From positions 7,783 through 71,782 of the forward strand of contig JAIORP010000100.1 in assembly GCA_021108075.1 (NCBI GenBank): a DNA stretch of 64,000 nt, given 5' to 3'. Source of the DNA: Candidatus Omnitrophota bacterium (GTDB lineage Bacteria > Omnitrophota > Gorgyraeia > Zapsychrales > Zapsychraceae). The position numbers were made by a program, and so were the translations under genes. Shown in pieces: positions 9,903-20,375 of the stretch. The first letter of the stretch is position 1, and each line of letters begins with the position of its first letter. Under the pieces are notes generated by a model. The model ran no database searches and was not told the origin of the DNA. It saw nothing but the letters and a program-made list of their open reading frames with translations.

Positions 9903-12401
9903 ATGAAATCATTGAACAAAAAAAAGAAAGCTAAAACAGAAAACGATTTTGATTGGGTCAATGTTCATAAGGATATGAGTAAGGAAGGCTTGAAGCTGTC
10001 TTTTTTCGCGGACCGGCAATATAGTCTTGCGAAAGATCAGTATACTTCAACAGCGTATGATAATTATATGGCTTTAGCCATAACTGTCAGGAATCGTATT
10101 GTTGAACGGTGGATCCATACCCAGCAAAGTTATCATAAAAAGAATGTGAAGCGAGTTTACTATTTGTCAATGGAGTTTTTAATCGGTCGTTTGTTAGGAA
10201 ACTACATATATAATCTGGGGATTGAGAAGGAATTGCAGGCGGCCTTTGATGAATTGGGCTTTGACTTGGACTTGTTGCGTGAACAAGAGGTGGATGCTGC
10301 ATTAGGGAATGGGGGGTTAGGGCGGTTAGCCGCCTGTTTTTTAGATTCAATGGCGACTTTAGACATCCCGGCCCATGGTTATGGTATCCGTTATGAGTAT
10401 GGTATTTTTAATCAAAAGATTAAAAATGGTTTTCAGATTGAGCTTCCGGATGAATGGTTGCGTTGGGGAACTCCGTGGGAATTCCCTCGACCAGAATACA
10501 GGCAAAGAATCCGTTTTTATGGGCATATTGAACAGCGTCCGGATGAGAAAGGCCGCATGAAAAGTTGTTGGGTCAAGACAGATGATGTCTTAGCTGTTCC
10601 TTATGATATGCCGATTGTCGGATATAAAAATGATGTGGTCAACACCTTGAGATTGTGGTCAGCCAGAAGCAGTGATGATTTTGATCTGGACTATTTTAAC
10701 CATGGGGATTATGAGCGTGCTGTTTATTCAAAGATTTTATCGGAAAACATTTCAAAGGTTTTGTATCCGAACGATGCCATGAGCACCGGTCGAGAACTGC
10801 GTCTTCGGCAGGAATATTTTTTCACTGCGGCATCCATCGCAGATATTATCCGCCGGTTTAAGGTTGAGAATGATGACTTGAAAGATTTACCCGGCAAGTT
10901 AACAATTCAATTAAATGATACTCATCCGGCCCTCAGCATTGTCGAACTGATGCGGGTTTTGGTTGATGACGAAAAGTTTGAGTGGGAGACGGCCTGGGAC
11001 GTCGTCCGGCGGACCTTTGCCTATACCAATCACACATTGATGCCGGAGGCTTTAGAGCGATGGTCTGTCGATTTGCTTGAAAAAGTTCTGCCGCGTCATC
11101 TGCAGTTGATCTATGAAATTAATTCCCATTTCATAAAAGAAATTCGCGCGCGATTTCCAGACGACGAAGAAAAAATCCGCAATATGTCTTTGGTGGAGGA
11201 GAGTTGGCCGAAACAAATTCGTATGGCACAGCTTTCCATCGTCGGGAGCCGTTCGGTCAATGGTGTGTCGGCGTTGCATTCAGACCTGCTGAAACGGTGG
11301 ATGTTTCGTGATTTTTACACGATGTATCCAGAAAAATTTAATAACAAAACGAACGGGATTACACAGCGTCGATGGTTGCTTAAGGCAAATCCAAGATTAT
11401 CTTCTTTGATAACTGAAGCGATTGGAGACAAGTGGGTCATCGACTTAGACAAAATAAAGAAGATCCTCCCACTCAGCAAAGAAGCATCATTTGTAGAACA
11501 ATGGCAAAAAATAAAGGGGCAGAACAAGCAGGATCTGGCAACGTACATCAAGAGGACAATGGATATCCAGGTCGACCCTGAATCGATGTTTGATGTGCAG
11601 GTTAAGAGAATTCATGAATACAAACGACAGCTGTTATTCAGCTTTTATATTATTTCTCAGTATATGCTGTTAAAGAATGATCCTAAAAGTTTTAAGCAGC
11701 CACGCACTTTTATCGTCGGTGGTAAAGCCGCTCCGGGATATACCATGGCTAAGCTGATCATTAAGTTCGTCAATGCTATTGGGGACATCGTTAACAACGA
11801 TGCGCAAGTGTCTAAGAAGATGAAAGTGATTTTCCTGGAAAATTATCGTGTTTCATTGGCTGAAAAAATATTCCCAGCGAGCGAGTTGTCCGAGCAGATA
11901 TCGACGGCTGGCACAGAAGCGTCAGGAACAGGGAATATGAAATTTATGATCAATGGGGCATTAACGATCGGGACAATGGATGGGGCAAATGTTGAAATGT
12001 CACAATGTTTGGATAATAAAGACATTTTTATTTTTGGTCTAAAAGATAAAGAGGTTGAAGACTTAAAAAAACAAGGCTACCATCCGATGGATTATGTGAA
12101 TCAATCCCCCGTGCTTCAAGAGATTCATCATTTGTTGACGAGTCAGTTTTTTTGCCCGCAAGCTGCAGGGTTGTTTGATCCCATTATTAATACGATCTTT
12201 TATTCTGACCCGTTCTTGGTCTGCGCAGACTTTGATGCTTATTATAAAATGCAAGGTCAAGTTTCTGAGACATACACAGACAAATTATTATGGACACAGA
12301 AATCGATCAATAATGTCGCTAATACGGGATTCTTCTCTAGCGATAGGACGATCAGAGAATATGCTGATGATATTTGGCATGTGCGGTATAGAAAAGTTTA
12401 A
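9903..12401 (+). CDS. glgP: Glycogen/starch phosphorylase
   Basis: LGNGGLGRLAACF, QLNDTHP, VQVKRIHEYKRQ, EASGTGNMK (PLP lysine). Confidence 0.97.
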   Translation: MKSLNKKKKAKTENDFDWVNVHKDMSKEGLKLSFFADRQYSLAKDQYTSTAYDNYMALAITVRNRIVERWIHTQQSYHKKNVKRVYYLSMEFLIGRLLGNYIYNLGIEKELQAAFDELGFDLDLLREQEVDAALGNGGLGRLAACFLDSMATLDIPAHGYGIRYEYGIFNQKIKNGFQIELPDEWLRWGTPWEFPRPEYRQRIRFYGHIEQRPDEKGRMKSCWVKTDDVLAVPYDMPIVGYKNDVVNTLRLWSARSSDDFDLDYFNHGDYERAVYSKILSENISKVLYPNDAMSTGRELRLRQEYFFTAASIADIIRRFKVENDDLKDLPGKLTIQLNDTHPALSIVELMRVLVDDEKFEWETAWDVVRRTFAYTNHTLMPEALERWSVDLLEKVLPRHLQLIYEINSHFIKEIRARFPDDEEKIRNMSLVEESWPKQIRMAQLSIVGSRSVNGVSALHSDLLKRWMFRDFYTMYPEKFNNKTNGITQRRWLLKANPRLSSLITEAIGDKWVIDLDKIKKILPLSKEASFVEQWQKIKGQNKQDLATYIKRTMDIQVDPESMFDVQVKRIHEYKRQLLFSFYIISQYMLLKNDPKSFKQPRTFIVGGKAAPGYTMAKLIIKFVNAIGDIVNNDAQVSKKMKVIFLENYRVSLAEKIFPASELSEQISTAGTEASGTGNMKFMINGALTIGTMDGANVEMSQCLDNKDIFIFGLKDKEVEDLKKQGYHPMDYVNQSPVLQEIHHLLTSQFFCPQAAGLFDPIINTIFYSDPFLVCADFDAYYKMQGQVSETYTDKLLWTQKSINNVANTGFFSSDRTIREYADDIWHVRYRKV

Positions 12402-12433
12402 ATCGTAATTTTTTTTATAAAAAGGAGGGTGAA

Positions 12434-12766
12434 GTGAGAACTAATGAAAGAAAAGAATTATTGAATCTTCCGGAAGTTGTGGAAGAGATTAAGCGGCATC
12501 TTTGGATAGAGAGTGAAAAAGCCGGTTATGATATTGGCTTTGATAGCGCGGCTGATGACTGGTTTAACAAATATTCTCAGGACTGGATGCGGTATCACTT
12601 GCCGGGGGAAAAGGCAGATGGTCCTAAGAACGGTAAATCTAAAGCTGATCCCGTAAAAGGAAAGAACGGGAAGGCGACTGCTGTGAAAACAACGGAAAAG
12701 AAAACAACTGCAAAGAAGTCTGCTGCAGCATCCAAAAGAAGAAGAGCTAAGAGTTATAGAAGTTAG
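12434..12766 (+). CDS. Small hypothetical protein (DUF4032-like N-terminus, Lys-rich tail)
   Basis: AGGAGG RBS with GTG start; EIKRHLWIESEKAGYDIG motif; basic low-complexity C-terminus. Confidence 0.7.
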   Translation: MRTNERKELLNLPEVVEEIKRHLWIESEKAGYDIGFDSAADDWFNKYSQDWMRYHLPGEKADGPKNGKSKADPVKGKNGKATAVKTTEKKTTAKKSAAASKRRRAKSYRS

Positions 12767-12890
12767 TATTGCGTTTCTTTTGTCTTCGTGTCTTTTGTTA
12801 GAAAGGTCGAATTGTTTTGTGGATATATCAGGCAAAATAAGACGGCCTTTTTGGTTTTTCCCCTGATTTAGAAGAAAATAAAGGTTCTCA

Positions 12891-12919
12891 TTGCGGTGTC
12901 AGGGTCATAGCTATATAAT
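12891..12919 (+). promoter_or_regulatory. Putative sigma70 promoter
   Basis: TTGCGG-17 nt-TATAAT; supports a start at 12948 rather than 12891. Confidence 0.45.
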
Positions 12920-12947
12920 ACGTCATATTAAAAAAGAGGAAAGGCGG

Positions 12948-13448
12948 ATGTCTGAAAATGAACAGCGAATCGCACAAATAAGAAGTTTATTTAATGACAT
13001 CACTCTGAGGGCCATTATGGTCTCTCCGGTGATCACGATTAACGTCGATGCTAACTTAAGCGAAGCGTTGGAGAGTTTTATCGCTTATAACATCACCCAT
13101 TTGATTGTTGTTGACAGTCAAATAAAATTAAAGGGCATTATAACCCAGAAATATATTTATAAAACTTGTTCTCCTCGGAAAATTATGGGAGATATTTCTG
13201 GATATGACCCTGACCTGTTGTTGGATGGTGACAGCGTATACAGCAAGCAAACCTTAGATAATTTTATTCTGCGTCACATGATGAAGAAAAATCCTTTCGT
13301 CTTAACTCCAGATGATTCAATCGCGTCAGCCGTATGCTATATGGCAAAAAATAATATTGCCTGCATCCCCTTAGTTAACGATAAAGAAGCGGTTTGCGGG
13401 ATTATTACGAATCAAGAAATTGTGAATTTTATTTCACAATTTGTTTGA
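12948..13448 (+). CDS. CBS domain pair protein
   Basis: IMVSPVITI...LKGIIT and MMKKNPFVLTPDDSI...IPLV...GIIT. Confidence 0.88.
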   Translation: MSENEQRIAQIRSLFNDITLRAIMVSPVITINVDANLSEALESFIAYNITHLIVVDSQIKLKGIITQKYIYKTCSPRKIMGDISGYDPDLLLDGDSVYSKQTLDNFILRHMMKKNPFVLTPDDSIASAVCYMAKNNIACIPLVNDKEAVCGIITNQEIVNFISQFV

Positions 13449-13512
13449 TCCGGCTTAGATGATTCGCGTGGACCCGGTCAATGTCATGAATATTGAAATA
13501 ATATACTCTTGA

Positions 13513-13541
13513 TTGACTTACATATTAGCCTTTTTTATAAT
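13513..13541 (+). promoter_or_regulatory. Putative sigma70 promoter of the cheW-cheV unit
   Basis: TTGACT-17 nt-TATAAT. Confidence 0.6.
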
Positions 13542-13583
13542 TATATTGTTGAATTTGTCCAACTAATTCCATGGAGGCAGAAA

Positions 13584-14099
13584 ATGAATGATATTGAAAT
13601 GAACGGATTAGATTTCCATGAGGATAATGATGTTCTTCAATTGGTTTGTTTCAAGCTGGCCGAAGAAGAGTATGCTATCGATATCAATTTGATTCGGGAA
13701 GTCATTTTGGTTCCTAAAATTACGCCTGTTCCTCAAATGCCTGCTTTTTGTTTAGGCGTCATCAATAATCGTGGAAGTGTTATCCCCGTCTTTGATTTAA
13801 GAAGAAAATTTTATCTTCAGGAAAAAGAATTTGATGGAAATACCCGGATTTTGGTTGCCTACATTGATCATCAGATCATTAGCATGGTCGTGGATGAAGT
13901 CCTGGATAATATTAAATTCGAATCCACGCTTATTGACCCAGCGCCGAGTGTGAAAATGAAAATAGAACGTGAGTATATTCAGGGTCTTGGTGAAGTTGAG
14001 AATCGAATGATTATTATTTTGGATTTAGCGAAGATGCATGAATTTATAAAACAAGAAATCGGGATAGGCCAAGGCTTTGCTCAGCAAGAGGCGATATAA
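13584..14099 (+). CDS. cheW: Chemotaxis coupling protein CheW
   Basis: QLVCFKLAEEEYAIDI, ITPVP, GVINNRGSVIPVFDLR; GGAGG RBS. Confidence 0.93.
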   Translation: MNDIEMNGLDFHEDNDVLQLVCFKLAEEEYAIDINLIREVILVPKITPVPQMPAFCLGVINNRGSVIPVFDLRRKFYLQEKEFDGNTRILVAYIDHQIISMVVDEVLDNIKFESTLIDPAPSVKMKIEREYIQGLGEVENRMIIILDLAKMHEFIKQEIGIGQGFAQQEAI

Positions 14100-14126
14100 C
14101 CATTTAAGGGGGAGGGTAAAAGACAC

Positions 14127-15065
14127 GTGACACAAATAAATGATGAAAATAAAAAAGGCATACTGTTGGAGTCCGGAACGAATGAGCTTGAAGTTGTTGA
14201 GTTTTGTGTTGATGATTCTTACTATGCGATAAATATTGCTAAAGTTTGTGAAATTATTAAAGCGGACATAGAAATTGTTTCGGTCCCTGACACACATCAA
14301 TCAATTGATGGTGCGATCAATATCCGCGGTAAAATTATACCCGTTATCAACTTAGGGCGTTATCTAAAGAACGCTCCCATTGAAGACAAAAAGGAAAGCC
14401 GTATTATTGTTTCAGAATTCAATAAGATGACCGTTGGTTTTTGGGTGACTTCCGTTGCCCGCATTCACCGGCTATCTTGGAAACAAGTGGAGCCTCCATC
14501 AGAAATGCTGCAGACGGACCAAGGATATGCTGTCGGTGTTATTCGTATTAATGATAAAGTTCTTTTCTTATTAGATTTCGAGAAGATTGCCGCGCATATC
14601 AATCCGCGCTCATCCATGGATGCGGAAGACCGTTTAAAAAATATTTCCGATACAGATAAACATATCCGCTCATCAAAAGTTATTTTGATCGCGGAAGATT
14701 CCGACTTTATACGGACCATGCTTGATAAAGTGCTTAGAGATGCCGGGTATAAGACGATGACAGCGATGAATGGCAGCGAAGTTTGGGAATATCTCACGGT
14801 CGCACTGAATGACTCGGGTTTTACTAAAATAGAGGACATATACAGCTTGCTTATTACGGACATCGAAATGCCCCAGGTGGACGGATTGCATCTGATCAAG
14901 AGGATAAAGGGAAATCCAAAATTGCGTGAATTGCCTTGTATAGCGTTCTCTTCGATGATTTCGGAGAAACTCAGGTTGAAGTGTAAAAGTGTTGGTTCTG
15001 ATGGCGAGATTGCTAAACCAGAAATTGAAAAGTTAGTGGAACTAGTTGATAAACTCTCTCTGTGA
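14127..15065 (+). CDS. cheV: Chemotaxis protein CheV (CheW + receiver)
   Basis: ILLESGTNELE N-terminus, CheW domain, receiver with AEDS and ITDIEMP. Confidence 0.93.
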   Translation: MTQINDENKKGILLESGTNELEVVEFCVDDSYYAINIAKVCEIIKADIEIVSVPDTHQSIDGAINIRGKIIPVINLGRYLKNAPIEDKKESRIIVSEFNKMTVGFWVTSVARIHRLSWKQVEPPSEMLQTDQGYAVGVIRINDKVLFLLDFEKIAAHINPRSSMDAEDRLKNISDTDKHIRSSKVILIAEDSDFIRTMLDKVLRDAGYKTMTAMNGSEVWEYLTVALNDSGFTKIEDIYSLLITDIEMPQVDGLHLIKRIKGNPKLRELPCIAFSSMISEKLRLKCKSVGSDGEIAKPEIEKLVELVDKLSL

Positions 15066-15099
15066 TTTAAACACGCGCACGACAAAAAGGGAGGTATGA

Positions 15100-15528
15100 G
15101 TGAAAACGATGGCTACCAAAACTTTTTCTCCTGAAAGAAGAAAATATATCCGTATTCCTTCTCAGAATATTTTGTATTTAAAAAAATTTTCAGTTCGTGA
15201 CTTAACGGTTGATAAACGGATAGAACGTAAGATTGAGGCTATTACTAAGAATTTAAGTGTGGGGGGAGTTCTTTTTGACAGCGATATCAAATACAGTCTG
15301 GGTTCCCTTTTGAAGATCGAATTAAACCTTCCTGGTTGGGAGAAATTTAAGAATGAATTTTATCGTTTTGACAAGACCTCCCGATCTGAACCGTTAATTG
15401 TTTTAGCAAATGTGGTAAGGCTGGAGGTTATTATTCCTGAAAAGTCTTATGAAATTGGTGTTTGTTTTTCTGCGATCGATACAGGTCATAGGTGGGCTCT
15501 GATGAAATATATTAACTCAAAAAAATAG
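15100..15528 (+). CDS. PilZ domain protein
   Basis: ERRKYIR and NLSVGG motifs; YEIGVCF. Confidence 0.85.
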   Translation: MKTMATKTFSPERRKYIRIPSQNILYLKKFSVRDLTVDKRIERKIEAITKNLSVGGVLFDSDIKYSLGSLLKIELNLPGWEKFKNEFYRFDKTSRSEPLIVLANVVRLEVIIPEKSYEIGVCFSAIDTGHRWALMKYINSKK

Positions 15529-15592
15529 TTGGTTCGTCTGTTCGAGAAATTAAGTTCGGTTTTTCGTTTATGTAATTTTTATTAATTCTTTA

Positions 15593-15694
15593 TACCAAAT
15601 CCATTAATAAATTGTTTTATCTTCATTCTGATATTCTCGCTAAATCGTCGAGAAAAGCAGAATTGGGTTTGGTCATTATTTAATGGAATTGGTA
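15593..15694 (-). mobile_element. MITE family A, copy 2 (inverted, flanking TTA duplication)
   Basis: Near reverse complement of copy 1; TTA on both sides. Confidence 0.85.
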
Positions 15695-15758
15695 TTAGTA
15701 TCCTTCCAACCCTAATTTTTTATACTTTTTTTACATTATCTTGAGGGACGAAATATTC

Positions 15759-18302
15759 ATGATAAGAAGAGTAATATTTATATTATTATTTATTTCTTTT
15801 GTGTGTTTGCCCTGCAGTTCCGCCCAGGAACCGCCTCCGTCACAAACGTCTCAGTCTGAGATTCAACCGGAAGCTGGTTTTTTAGAAAAAGCCCCGTTGG
15901 TTGATCGTCCGGTGAATAACGGGACGGAGCCTGGTGAAGACGAAGCAAAACAATCAACGGAAGTAACAGCTACCGGGGTTATTGCCGAAACAGGGACAAG
16001 TCAAGGAGCTTTGGATCCTGCAATCGTTGTTGAACAGGAAATGGAATTGCTGCGGTCCCAGGAAGAAGCGGAATTACGGGATATTTTGCAGAAATTGAAA
16101 ACAGAACGCGAAGCGCAGATGAACGTCGAATTGAGTATTTTTAAGACCGATAAGATGGATCGTATTCAGCAGGAGCTGAAAGTTTTAAGAGAGAAAGAAT
16201 TGCAGGCCTTGCAGTCCGAATTAGATGAAGAACGAAAGCAGTTGCAGGGTAAGCTGGACGCAGAAATTTTAACATTGCGGCAAGCATCCGAAAAACAGCT
16301 TATGGAAGAAATAGACGCGCAGAAGGGTGTTGCAACCCAGAAGATGTTGACCTTAATCGCTGAACGGAAAAAAGTTGAGGAGCAGAAGGTCAGGGCGGAG
16401 ATGGAAACGTTAAAGCGGGAAGGGCAGGCAGATGTTAATAAGCTGATAGAAATACAGAAAGTTGTAGGTCAGAGGGAAATGGAAGCGGCGTTAGCCGGCA
16501 TGCAGAAAGAGGGCGAAAAAAAGATTCAGAGAGATTTAAGCTTGAAGAATGCGCAACTAGAAAAAGAATTGAATGAATTGTATAAGTTTAAAGAAATTGA
16601 AATCAATGACGCCTATTGGGCTGCATTGGCGAAGCAGGATGCGGTCGTTAAAGGATTTACCGACAACCTTAAGACAACATATCAATCAGGCCGGAACGAT
16701 TTTGTCGCCAGGAATTCTGAAAGAAATAAATTTGCTTTGATCATGAAGATTATTTTTTTCTTGTTCTTTATCTATTTCTTTGTTCGTTTAATATGGCTAT
16801 TTGTTATTTCGAAAAGAAAATCATTGTCAATGGTTCATGCGCATAAATATATCGCAATATTGATCGGTCTTTCGGTTTGTTTTTTTTCGTATCACTGTTT
16901 GATGTGTACCAATCAATTGCAATCCGTCCAGCGTTTAAGGTCTTTTGTTGAAGGGACTTCATCCCAATTGGAGCAGATTTTTTTTCGAACATATATTTTT
17001 AGTTTTCAGAAAAAGTTGTCCATGAGGACAGAAGCCCTGAAAGCGGTGGAGAAGCTGAACCTGAACTGGAGAATGTTTCATGAAAATCAGCTGCTTGTCG
17101 GCAATGAAAACAATTCCATCCATTTTGTTCAGATTCCCAAAGATATGAGCACACGGTTTTCCGCTCTTTCAGGCGGCTTTGTTAGTTCGTGGACGGAAAG
17201 GCAGAAGAAGGTTCGTGGCGTCCTGAATGATAAAACATCAGATTTTTCGTCGAGAGGTTTTGTGGAAAATTATAACTCTTTTTACGAAGGGCTCGGGCGC
17301 ATGGGCCTCTTTTTGACCTTAGAAACCAATCGTCTTAAGAAATATTTTTATGTTCATCTGGCATGCATTTTTGCCGTTTTCCTGGTTTATTCCATTATTG
17401 TGAAACAGTTTTTTTTAAATCAGGTTTTTATTTTTTTGAGGGATCTAAAGAAGAGAATGGCAGCTAATCGTGACGGGGTTTTTACAGAAGTATTAAATAT
17501 GGAGCAGTATCGTTTTATCGAAATGAAAAGAGCAGCTAATAGTTATAGATTGCTGGTTGATAAGGTTGCACAGATTTTACGTTCTTTAAGAGAACGCACA
17601 CTCGAGATGTTGTCTTTGACTCAGCAGGCGGTAAATACGTCTCAAACCATTGCCAAAGACCTGAACCAGAAGATCCGTGTTTTTGAAGAATTGGAAATGT
17701 CGATATGTGCGAACGTCGAGAAGTCCACATCCGCTAATGACCTGTCCAGCGAAGTTTCCAGGAAAGCGATCAAAGCGGGACAGGCGATGAACAACACGAT
17801 TGAAGCCATGACTGTCATAGAAGCCAGTTCCCATCAGATTTTTAAAGCGGTCCATCTGATCGGCGACATTGTCGATCAAACGAATTTGCTGGCCTCGAAT
17901 GCGGCAATAGAGGCGGCCAGGGCCGGTGAACAGGGTAAGGGTTTTTCTCTTGTCGCCGATGAGGTGCGCAGGTTGGCAGAGCGAAGTGCGAGTTCGGCGC
18001 ATGAGATTGAAACCATAATTCAGGTGAGCCTGCAGCAAGTTGGTAATGGTGTTTCGATTTCTCAGGAGGCAGGAAAAGACGTTAAAGGCATCATATCCCA
18101 TATCCGGCAAGTCTCAGACCAATTAGCTGAGATATTTTTATCTTCTCAAAAACAATCTCAGATAATGGACCTAAGCTCAACACAGAAAACGGGGGGGCGC
18201 GCATTATTGGCTTCGAACTTGATGCTGATTTCAAATGAACTGGCGGAACTATCCGATTCTTTGTTAGACACAATCAGTGGGGTGAAAATAGATAAAGTTT
18301 AA
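15759..18302 (+). CDS. Atypical methyl-accepting chemotaxis protein
   Basis: Hairpin tip QTNLLASNAAIEAARAGEQGKGFSLVADEVRRLAERS; signal peptide, long coiled coil, three TM segments. Confidence 0.88.
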   Translation: MIRRVIFILLFISFVCLPCSSAQEPPPSQTSQSEIQPEAGFLEKAPLVDRPVNNGTEPGEDEAKQSTEVTATGVIAETGTSQGALDPAIVVEQEMELLRSQEEAELRDILQKLKTEREAQMNVELSIFKTDKMDRIQQELKVLREKELQALQSELDEERKQLQGKLDAEILTLRQASEKQLMEEIDAQKGVATQKMLTLIAERKKVEEQKVRAEMETLKREGQADVNKLIEIQKVVGQREMEAALAGMQKEGEKKIQRDLSLKNAQLEKELNELYKFKEIEINDAYWAALAKQDAVVKGFTDNLKTTYQSGRNDFVARNSERNKFALIMKIIFFLFFIYFFVRLIWLFVISKRKSLSMVHAHKYIAILIGLSVCFFSYHCLMCTNQLQSVQRLRSFVEGTSSQLEQIFFRTYIFSFQKKLSMRTEALKAVEKLNLNWRMFHENQLLVGNENNSIHFVQIPKDMSTRFSALSGGFVSSWTERQKKVRGVLNDKTSDFSSRGFVENYNSFYEGLGRMGLFLTLETNRLKKYFYVHLACIFAVFLVYSIIVKQFFLNQVFIFLRDLKKRMAANRDGVFTEVLNMEQYRFIEMKRAANSYRLLVDKVAQILRSLRERTLEMLSLTQQAVNTSQTIAKDLNQKIRVFEELEMSICANVEKSTSANDLSSEVSRKAIKAGQAMNNTIEAMTVIEASSHQIFKAVHLIGDIVDQTNLLASNAAIEAARAGEQGKGFSLVADEVRRLAERSASSAHEIETIIQVSLQQVGNGVSISQEAGKDVKGIISHIRQVSDQLAEIFLSSQKQSQIMDLSSTQKTGGRALLASNLMLISNELAELSDSLLDTISGVKIDKV

Positions 18303-18481
18303 AATTGACCTTAGAAAAATGGTCCTGTTTAAAGTCACATTTGTATGAGGGGGTTCAGGTTTGTTTTGGATGGAATCCTGTCATGGAAAGCGTCATTAAT
18401 TAATCCAGTTTGCGCTTTATTAGGTCTTGTTATTATGTTATAGTCCAAAATTAAGAAAACAAATAAAATGGATTGGAGACT

Positions 18482-19294
18482 ATGTTAGCAATAACAGATA
18501 CTGAATTTGAACAAATCAAGAAAATTATGTATGCGCGCACGGGTGTGTTCTTGAAACCATCAAAAAAGCAGCTGGTTGTCACCCGGCTACGCAAGAGACT
18601 GGAACAGCTGGATCTCGAGCAGTTTCAAGAATATATCCATTTATTAGAAAAGAATCAGGGCGACGAACTGGAGTTTTTTATTAATGCCCTGACCACAAAT
18701 GAAACATATTTTTTTAGGCATACAAAGCAATTCAATTACTTGTATGAAAAAATTCTTCCGGAATTAAAGAGCAAACCTGGAAGGGAAATCCGTATTTGGT
18801 GCGCGGCATGCTCGACGGGTGAAGAGCCGTATTCTGTTGCTATAACCTGTCAAGAATTTTTTAGGCATAACCCCGGTGGCCGTTATAGCATTTATGCTTC
18901 AGACGTTAATAGTGATGTTTTGTCATTCGCCAGAACAGGACAATATCTGGAACGAAGTTTTAAAGAGACCCCGCCGAATTTGACAACAAGGTATTTTTCT
19001 CAGACTGAAAATGTTGCTAAAGTCCGAAAAGAATTCGTCATTAAACAAAATTTGAAAAAAAATATCAGGTTTATGCAGCATAATTTGTTAAAACCGTTCG
19101 CGGAAAAAAAAATTGATGTGATTTTTTTGAGAAATGTCATGATCTATTTCGATAATGACAGCAAATCCAAAGTCGTGAATAATTTGATTTCCAGTTTAAG
19201 TCCGGGAGGCTACATCATGATTAGTTTATCAGAAAGTCTGAATGATGTGAGTTCTCCTTTGACCAATATTTTTTCAGGAGTTTATAAGTTGTAG
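18482..19294 (+). CDS. cheR: Chemotaxis methyltransferase CheR
   Basis: LTTNETYFFR, IWCAACSTGEEPYS, RNVMIYFD. Confidence 0.95.
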   Translation: MLAITDTEFEQIKKIMYARTGVFLKPSKKQLVVTRLRKRLEQLDLEQFQEYIHLLEKNQGDELEFFINALTTNETYFFRHTKQFNYLYEKILPELKSKPGREIRIWCAACSTGEEPYSVAITCQEFFRHNPGGRYSIYASDVNSDVLSFARTGQYLERSFKETPPNLTTRYFSQTENVAKVRKEFVIKQNLKKNIRFMQHNLLKPFAEKKIDVIFLRNVMIYFDNDSKSKVVNNLISSLSPGGYIMISLSESLNDVSSPLTNIFSGVYKL

Positions 19295-19313
19295 ATGTTG
19301 CGAGGGAGTATTT

Positions 19314-20375
19314 ATGATTAAAGTTGTGACAGCGGATGATTCCCCCCTTTTGAGAAACGTTTTAAAAGATGTTCTTGAACAGAGCGGGAAGATAAAAGTT
19401 GTTGGTGAGGCAAGGAACGGGAAGGAATCTATTGAGTTGGTCAAGTTATTGAATCCGGATGTCTTGATTCTGGACTGCGAGATGCCCGTTATGAACGGTC
19501 TTGAGGCCTTACGCATCATTATGAAAGAGTGTCCGCTGCCCGTTTTTATGTTTAGCTCCTTAACATTTGAAGGTGCTAGCGTCACGTTAAAAGCGTTAGA
19601 ACATGGCGCTGTCGATTTTTTGCCAAAACCAACAAAAGGAATTTTAGGGCTGGAAGACATCCAGGTGGATTTGGTTAATAAAATCGAACAAGTTGTCAGG
19701 CGGACAAGGTTTAAATATAAGGGGCTCGCGACAACAATCCACAGACCTAGAACGATTTTTTCAAAAAAAATCACGTCATTGACCCATTTGAGCAGAATAA
19801 AGATTGACTTGATTGCCGTTGGATCGTCAACAGGCGGGGTTCAAACTTCACTTGAGATTATCAAAAGTTTGCCCGCGCAAACAAAACCGATTGTTTGGGT
19901 TCAACATATGCCGGAGAACTTCACAAAAAGTTTTGCTGAAAGATTGGACTCTGCCGCGAAGATTAAGGTTAAAGAAAGCGTGAATGGCGACTTGTTGGAG
20001 AACAACACTTGCTATATCGCCCGCGGGGGGGTTCAGACGCGCATCAAGAAAAGTTCAAGAGGTTGTGAGCTGTCCGTCGGTGGAGGTGATAAAGTAAGCG
20101 GTCATTGTCCTTCTTGCAACGCGCTATTTGATTCCATCGCGCCGTTTTTTCTGAGTAATGTGCTGGGCGTTATCTTGACCGGTATGGGTGATGATGGCGC
20201 GCGGGGATTGCTGCGTCTGCATGAGCAGGGAGCGTTTGTGATCGGTCAATGTGAAGATAGCTGTATCGTCTACGGTATGCCAAAAGCCGCTTATAAATTA
20301 GGTGCGGTTGATATTGAACTGGATGTCTCTCAGATAGCAGACGCCATCGTTAGAAAAGGGGGAGGAACGGGATGA
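19314..20375 (+). CDS. cheB: Chemotaxis methylesterase CheB
   Basis: N-terminal receiver; GSSTGG, QHMP, LTGMGDDG, YGMPK. Confidence 0.95.
   Translation: MIKVVTADDSPLLRNVLKDVLEQSGKIKVVGEARNGKESIELVKLLNPDVLILDCEMPVMNGLEALRIIMKECPLPVFMFSSLTFEGASVTLKALEHGAVDFLPKPTKGILGLEDIQVDLVNKIEQVVRRTRFKYKGLATTIHRPRTIFSKKITSLTHLSRIKIDLIAVGSSTGGVQTSLEIIKSLPAQTKPIVWVQHMPENFTKSFAERLDSAAKIKVKESVNGDLLENNTCYIARGGVQTRIKKSSRGCELSVGGGDKVSGHCPSCNALFDSIAPFFLSNVLGVILTGMGDDGARGLLRLHEQGAFVIGQCEDSCIVYGMPKAAYKLGAVDIELDVSQIADAIVRKGGGTG

Noticed and set aside
13445-13481. Short imperfect inverted repeat TTGATCCGG...CCGGTCAA after the CBS gene
   Set aside because: Too short and imperfect to call a terminator or element remnant
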